Source of the DNA: Prasinococcaceae sp. CCMP 1430
Lineage: Eukaryota > Plantae > Prasinodermophyta
Assembly: GCA_013416795.1 (NCBI GenBank)
Contig: RQSC01000004.1
Coordinates: forward strand, 407,331-432,650
Length of the DNA stretch: 25,320 nt
Direction: 5' to 3'
The notes beneath the pieces were generated by a model. That model searched no databases. It saw only the letters and a program-made list of their open reading frames with translations, and had not been told where the DNA came from. The position numbers and the translations under genes were made by a program. This document shows positions 20,346 through 25,320 of the stretch, piece after piece (the first letter of the stretch is position 1; the number at the start of each line of letters is the position of its first letter).

Positions 20346-23300
20346 ATGGGGCGCGCCTCGGTGGTGACCAGCGCCCAACTCGGCAAGGGCAGGGCGCCGC
20401 TCCCCGCGTCGCAGTCGCTCAACTGGGGTAAGAAAGAGAGCAACCGCGACATCTTCGGCAAGGTGCGCGGCGCCTGTTCCACGCCAGGCTGCGGCTGCAA
20501 GGCCTTCACCAAGCTGCTGAGCGACTACGTGGCCGAGCCCGGTGATGGGCGAGGGGCGCCCGCCAACGACATTAGCTGCATCAATTGCTCGACGTGCGGC
20601 TGCACGCCCGATGCGCACGTGCTACTTGAGGCGGACGACGCCCGCGAGCGCGGCAACGACGCCTTTGCCTTTGGCGACTACGAGAAGGCCATTTCGCCCT
20701 ACACCAGGGCTATCTCACTCGCTGCGCTCGGCGACGCACGCCCGTGGAGCAACCGCGCGGCTGCGTACGCGGCCATGGGCAAGTGGGGCGAGGCACTGCA
20801 TGACGCGACGCGCGCGTGCGAGATTGAGCCGACTTGGGCCAAAGCTCGCGCACGCAAGGCGCTCGCGGAGACGCACATGGGCAAGCTCGATGCCGCGGCC
20901 GCTAGCTACCGCGCGGCGCTCAAGCTCGAGCCCAACAACGCCGAGTATATGCGCCTGCTCTCTGAGGCCGAGGCCAGGTGTGAGGCCTCCAAGAGGCACG
21001 CGGGTGGAGCTAGCTCTGTCGGAAGAAAGACAAATGGAGACGACGGCGATAAGGAGCGCGCCGCTGCGCTGGTGTCGCGCGGCGACTTTGCGGGCGCTGT
21101 GCTCCTCTACCAGTCACTGGCGGAGCGGCGACCAGGTGACGGCCTCATACGCAGCAACCTAAGCGCGTGCTACGCGCGCATGTCGCGATTCGAAGAGGCA
21201 CTGCAGGCCGCTCGCGAGGCTGTACGAGTAGCGCCACGCTGGGCGAAGGCGCACACGCGCGTCGCGGCGGCGCTCTTCTATCTCGGGAGGTACGACGAGG
21301 CCGTGGTCGAGTACAAAGCGGCGCTTGCACTCAAGCCAGACTATGAGGCAGCGCGCAGTGGCTGCGCAGAAGCCAGGGCCGCGGCGGCGGAGGCCAAGCT
21401 CGAGGCTAGGGACAGGGCAGCTCAGAGTGCACAAGCAGCGACATCGAACGGCGATGAGGTCTGCGTCGGCATTGCAGGAGCGGAACGCGATGGCAACGAA
21501 GAGGATGGAAGCAGTAGGGGCGTTGATGTACGCGCGCTTTGCGGGAGCGAGAACGGAGAGGTGCGTAGCGGTGGCGACACGGTCGTCCCTCGCCCACAGG
21601 CCGCGCGAACACGTCGGCAGCCAACCAACAAATCGGCGGCTGTGTCACGCGCCGCGCACTTCGCACACGCGAAGAGCTCGGGCTGGCTCTTGGAGACGCT
21701 CGGCACAGATGCGCCACAGCCCAATCCTGCTGGCGACGTGGTCGACTCGGATGGGCGCTCGAATGGCCGCATTCATGCGAAAGTCATGCATGTCGCATCC
21801 GACCGGGACAAGGACGGCGAGGAAGCCGCGTCGTTGCCTTTCGCGGATGCATTGTTGCGCGATGCGGGCGTTGGGGCGCCCATTGGCGATAATGCTCAGG
21901 ACGACTTCGCTGCCGGGTGCGGGCATGAGCGCGCGGGCCGGCCGAGCGGTTGCGGCGAGATAGGCGACACCGAGTCGAACGTCCTGAGCGCATCCAACAT
22001 CGCGCGCCTGAGCGCCGACCTGGAGCGATTGGCTGATGCCGTGCGGGCAAGCCCAGCGCGGGAGGAGTCCGCCGCGCAGCGCGCACGGGCGATGGAAGAG
22101 CGTGCGAGAGAGGCGCACGAGACTGCTCGCACTGCCGAGGCCCAAGCGCGCGAGGAGTTGGCAATGCTTGCCAGCGCTCGGGCAGATGTCAACGCGGAGC
22201 GCGCCAAAGCCGACGTGCTGCGTGAAAAGTACAACAAACTCAAGAGCGCACACGCCCAGCAAGTCGAGGAGCTCAACATTGCACATGCACAACGCTTGGC
22301 CGATCTGCGGGAATCGCAGGAGCGTGAGCACGGCGCCGAAGAGCGCGCCGCGGGGAAGCGGTTGGCGGCGCTGCACAGGGAATGCGATAGGCTCACTGCG
22401 GACGTCCATAGGCTACGCAGTGAGAAGGGCATCCTCGCTGGCGAGATTGACGACTGCCGGACGCGCTCATCGGAGGCGGCGGCGGCTGCGGCCGCTCTTC
22501 GTGGCAGCGTGACTCGGATGCAGGCCAAAGTTGAGGCCGAGGAGAGCCGCGCTACCAGGGCAGATCGCGAGGCTGAGCGAGCTTGCGAACGCACGGCCGA
22601 ATGCGTGGCAGCACAACGCGCCGCAGAGGAGCTCCTCGCGAGCACCGCCGCTCGACTCGACGCGCTGTGTGAGCGCAGCGTGGCCTCAGAGGCACGCCTG
22701 CGCTCTGCTGCGCAGCTGTGCGACGATTCTTTCGACAAGCAGGCGCGTGGCGCGCTGGCGTCTGCGCGCCGCGCAGCCGATGGCATTGCCAAAGCGGAGG
22801 CGGCCATTGCACACCTCGTGACTCAGAGCGCGGAGATCAGGGGAGCGGAGGCGCGCGCAGGGAGCTCGGCGGATGCTGCAGGTGCAATCGCCGCCAAGGT
22901 GTCCATATCGAACGTGCATGGTGTTTTTGCCGACGTCGGCAAGCTAGACCCCGTGCCACGCGGGCAGATCAGCAGTGTGGGCGATGGTCGCGTGCAGGGT
23001 GGCCCTCTTGGTTGCGATGGGGGCAAATCTGTTCGCGAGTCGACCGCGTCAGGGTCTGCTGTGTCCGAGGAAATGCTCGATTTCTTCGCAGCACACGGTG
23101 TTTTTGCCGACGTCGGCAAGCTAGACCCCGTGCCACGCGGGCAGATCAGCAGTGTGGGCGATGGTCGCGTGCAGGGTGGCCCTCTTGGTTGCGATGGGGG
23201 CAAATCTGTTCGCGAGTCGACCGCGTCAGGGTCTGCTGTGTCCGAGGAAATGCTCGATTTCTTCGCAGCACACATGGAGGGGCATGTCGACGAAAGCGAC

Positions 23301-24368
23301 GGCTCTGCGGACGAGGCAGATGATGACGGAAACGGTGGCAGCGAGAGCGCCGAGCCCACTGATGAGGAACTTGTGGCCGAGCTTGAACTCGAGCGGCGCG
23401 TGCGTGCCGATGCCAACGCCGCTCGCGCGGCTGCTAGCTCTGCGGCCGCCGCCGCTCGCAGGCCCCCGCGGCGGCGGCCAAGCTCCCGGGCACGAGGCGT
23501 GGGTGCGGACAACGCTTGCAGCGCTGCTGGCGGTGCGGGCATTGCGCTGGACATTAGCTCTGTCATCAATCTGGCCAACAGACGCTCGTCTCGGCGGCGA
23601 GATCACGGCGGCGTGCTGCGCGTCCGCTGTACCAGCGAGATGTGCCCGGTGGGGTGCACGCAATTCGAGCCCAATCGCAGTGGGCGGGGGCCGCCCGACT
23701 GCTGCGTGGGTTGCGGGTGCCCCGACACACTGCACGAGACCGAAGAGCAGGCAGATGCGCGCGAGCAGCTCGAGGCCGACGAACAGCTCAAGCGCACCGA
23801 CGTGCGCGAGTGGCGCTTGCGCAACGCCGCGCGGCTAGTAGCTGAGGCGGAGGCACAGGGCGAACTCGTGCAGAGTACTGCTGTCGACCCCATTCGCGGC
23901 TGCGAGCTGCATGACTGCGGCGGTTGCGACGGCTGTCCGGGCTTTGTTATCCGCTACTGCACGTCGCTCGCGCACACGAGCGAGGTGATGATGTTCTGCT
24001 CCAACTGCGGCTGCGGATGCGATCAGCACCTCATGTCCACCAAGTGGAAGGCGCAGGAGGAGGACAGGAAGGCCGAGGAGGAGCGCTTCTACCGCCATCG
24101 CGAGGAGACGCAGCGTCGCATCGACGCCCACTATCGCGCCAAGCTTGCGCAAGACTCGGAGCGCATACGACACCTGCGTACACTGGGACTTGGCGCGCGC
24201 GCCACTGGCAAGGCAGCAGCCAGAGCTTACCGCAGGCTCGCGCTGCGTTTCCATCCCGACAAGCAGCGTGCTGGTGCGAGCGACGAGGCGAGGCGTCAGG
24301 CAGCGCAGCGATTTGTCGCGGTCACCGAAGCCTTCAAGAAGGTCTCCGCCATGCTCGAGTCCGCATGA
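20346..24368 (+). CDS. Multidomain class C J-protein: Cys/His module, two TPR clusters, coiled coil, two more Cys/His modules, C-terminal J domain (about 1340 aa)
   Basis: TPRs (GNDAFAFGDYEKAISPYTRAI; WSNRAAAY; SNLSACY; YLGRYDEAV), an E/A/R-rich heptad region, and a J domain AYRRLALRFHPDK...AAQRFVAVTEAFKKV. The uninterrupted ORF is taken to start at ATG 20346. Confidence 0.8.
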   Translation: MGRASVVTSAQLGKGRAPLPASQSLNWGKKESNRDIFGKVRGACSTPGCGCKAFTKLLSDYVAEPGDGRGAPANDISCINCSTCGCTPDAHVLLEADDARERGNDAFAFGDYEKAISPYTRAISLAALGDARPWSNRAAAYAAMGKWGEALHDATRACEIEPTWAKARARKALAETHMGKLDAAAASYRAALKLEPNNAEYMRLLSEAEARCEASKRHAGGASSVGRKTNGDDGDKERAAALVSRGDFAGAVLLYQSLAERRPGDGLIRSNLSACYARMSRFEEALQAAREAVRVAPRWAKAHTRVAAALFYLGRYDEAVVEYKAALALKPDYEAARSGCAEARAAAAEAKLEARDRAAQSAQAATSNGDEVCVGIAGAERDGNEEDGSSRGVDVRALCGSENGEVRSGGDTVVPRPQAARTRRQPTNKSAAVSRAAHFAHAKSSGWLLETLGTDAPQPNPAGDVVDSDGRSNGRIHAKVMHVASDRDKDGEEAASLPFADALLRDAGVGAPIGDNAQDDFAAGCGHERAGRPSGCGEIGDTESNVLSASNIARLSADLERLADAVRASPAREESAAQRARAMEERAREAHETARTAEAQAREELAMLASARADVNAERAKADVLREKYNKLKSAHAQQVEELNIAHAQRLADLRESQEREHGAEERAAGKRLAALHRECDRLTADVHRLRSEKGILAGEIDDCRTRSSEAAAAAAALRGSVTRMQAKVEAEESRATRADREAERACERTAECVAAQRAAEELLASTAARLDALCERSVASEARLRSAAQLCDDSFDKQARGALASARRAADGIAKAEAAIAHLVTQSAEIRGAEARAGSSADAAGAIAAKVSISNVHGVFADVGKLDPVPRGQISSVGDGRVQGGPLGCDGGKSVRESTASGSAVSEEMLDFFAAHGVFADVGKLDPVPRGQISSVGDGRVQGGPLGCDGGKSVRESTASGSAVSEEMLDFFAAHMEGHVDESDGSADEADDDGNGGSESAEPTDEELVAELELERRVRADANAARAAASSAAAAARRPPRRRPSSRARGVGADNACSAAGGAGIALDISSVINLANRRSSRRRDHGGVLRVRCTSEMCPVGCTQFEPNRSGRGPPDCCVGCGCPDTLHETEEQADAREQLEADEQLKRTDVREWRLRNAARLVAEAEAQGELVQSTAVDPIRGCELHDCGGCDGCPGFVIRYCTSLAHTSEVMMFCSNCGCGCDQHLMSTKWKAQEEDRKAEEERFYRHREETQRRIDAHYRAKLAQDSERIRHLRTLGLGARATGKAAARAYRRLALRFHPDKQRAGASDEARRQAAQRFVAVTEAFKKVSAMLESA
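22920..23273 (+). repeat. Perfect in-frame tandem duplication, 2 x 177 bp (59 aa)
   Basis: 22920-23096 equals 23097-23273 by eye, giving GVFADVGKLD...EEMLDFFAAH twice. Confidence 0.95.
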
Positions 24369-24451
24369 CTGAGCGGCCACCCACTGGTGCGCGCGAGCGC
24401 GTCCGCGCGCGAGAGGCCGCCTCTCGAGGGCAGCAGCGTCCGCGTCTGACG

Positions 24452-24456
24452 TTACA
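24452..24456 (-). terminator. Candidate TGTAA polyadenylation signal for the HAD gene, in an AT-rich convergent spacer
   Basis: TTACA on the + strand, about 42 nt downstream of the minus-strand stop. Confidence 0.4.
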
Positions 24457-24497
24457 GTAGTTAAAAAAATAGTACAGTACAAATTGATGAGAAGAGC

Positions 24498-25223
24498 TCA
24501 GGGGCGCAGCTCGGGCACCGCATCGACCAGCTGCTTGATGCACTGGACAGCGGCGGCCGCGCCCTCAGGGACCTCGGCATCCGCGGCGCCGCCGACGTGC
24601 ACCGTGAAAATGCCCAGCCCGCCAGCAGCCTTGACGTTTCTCCTGCTATCATCGGCGAAAAGCGCTTTGTCGGCGGCCACACCAGCCAGCGCGAGCGCGC
24701 GTTCGAACGCGAGAGGCTGCGGCTTGCACACGACGGGCGCGCCCTCCCGGTGAAAGTCGGCGCCCATGATCGTCTCGAAGTCAAGCACCCTCTCGAAGCA
24801 ATCCTCTACGCCCAGGATCTTGAGCACGCGCGCCGCGTGCGCCCTGTCCCCGTTGGTAAAGACGAACTTTCTCTGCTTGAGCGACTCGAGCATCTCGCGC
24901 AACGCGGGATCTGGCCGCAGGCACTCCTCATACGGCATGGGCGCATGCACGGCCGCGTGCCATTTGTCGTAGTCGATGCGATGGCCCTGCGACACCAGCC
25001 CGGCCAACGTCGTCCCGTGTTCAATGTACGCGCGGTAGCACACATCTGCGACGTCCTCGGCGGGGATGCCGAGTTCCTTGTGCATGTACTCCTCGATGAG
25101 TCGCTTGCAGTGAAGGTCGAGGCCGCTCGCCTGGGGATATAAGCAGTCGTCCATGTCCAATAGCAGCACCTCGAAGTCGCGTGCCGCAGCGACGGGTTCG
25201 CAGGTCGGGGCGTGTGGCGCCAT
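24498..25223 (-). CDS. HAD-superfamily hydrolase, pyrimidine 5'-nucleotidase (SDT1/PHM8-like) family, 241 aa
   Basis: Motif I LLDMDDCLYP, HGTTLAGL, motif II VFTNGD, motif III CKPQP and motif IV LFADDSRRNV. Confidence 0.9.
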   Translation of the reverse strand: MAPHAPTCEPVAAARDFEVLLLDMDDCLYPQASGLDLHCKRLIEEYMHKELGIPAEDVADVCYRAYIEHGTTLAGLVSQGHRIDYDKWHAAVHAPMPYEECLRPDPALREMLESLKQRKFVFTNGDRAHAARVLKILGVEDCFERVLDFETIMGADFHREGAPVVCKPQPLAFERALALAGVAADKALFADDSRRNVKAAGGLGIFTVHVGGAADAEVPEGAAAAVQCIKQLVDAVPELRP

Positions 25224-25231
25224 CGCGGCCG

Positions 25232-25320
25232 CGGCCGCAGCGCCCCGCAGCCCTCGCGATGCGCCCTGCCCGCCCCCTTCCCCCTCCCCCCCCCGGCCGC
25301 AGCGCCCCGCAGCCCTCGCG
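25232..25320. repeat. 27-nt direct repeat (cggccgcagcgccccgcagccctcgcg) with 62-nt period, running off the window end
   Basis: Copies at 25232-25258 and 25294-25320. Confidence 0.8.

Noticed and set aside
22920-23273. CRISPR-like array
   Set aside because: The context is eukaryotic, with two adjacent 177-bp copies, no spacers, and in-frame coding.

Overview
This is compact, very GC-rich eukaryotic nuclear DNA, most likely from an early-diverging (prasinophyte-grade) green alga. That assignment is an inference from an FBL17-type F-box gene, a plant-type SPG15, GTGCG/GTACG splice donors, GCTGAC branch points and TGTAA motifs. Nine protein-coding genes are supported: FBL17-like F-box/LRR (+, 5' end unresolved), SPG15/ZFYVE26 (+), ATG8 (-), DDX41/Abstrakt (+), TMEM107 (-), DNA polymerase alpha subunit B (+), a KCR-like SDR (-), a large TPR/coiled-coil/J-domain protein with three Cys/His modules (+), and a HAD pyrimidine 5'-nucleotidase-like gene (-). 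I see no tRNA, rRNA, CRISPR array or intact mobile element. The most unusual items are the zinc-module/TPR/J-domain architecture with a perfect in-frame 177-bp duplication, a ~50% GC CpG-poor island with a 66-bp in-frame repeat, and splice signals suggesting an unannotated minus-strand gene between FBL17 and SPG15. Homology calls rest on motifs recalled from memory, not on database searches.
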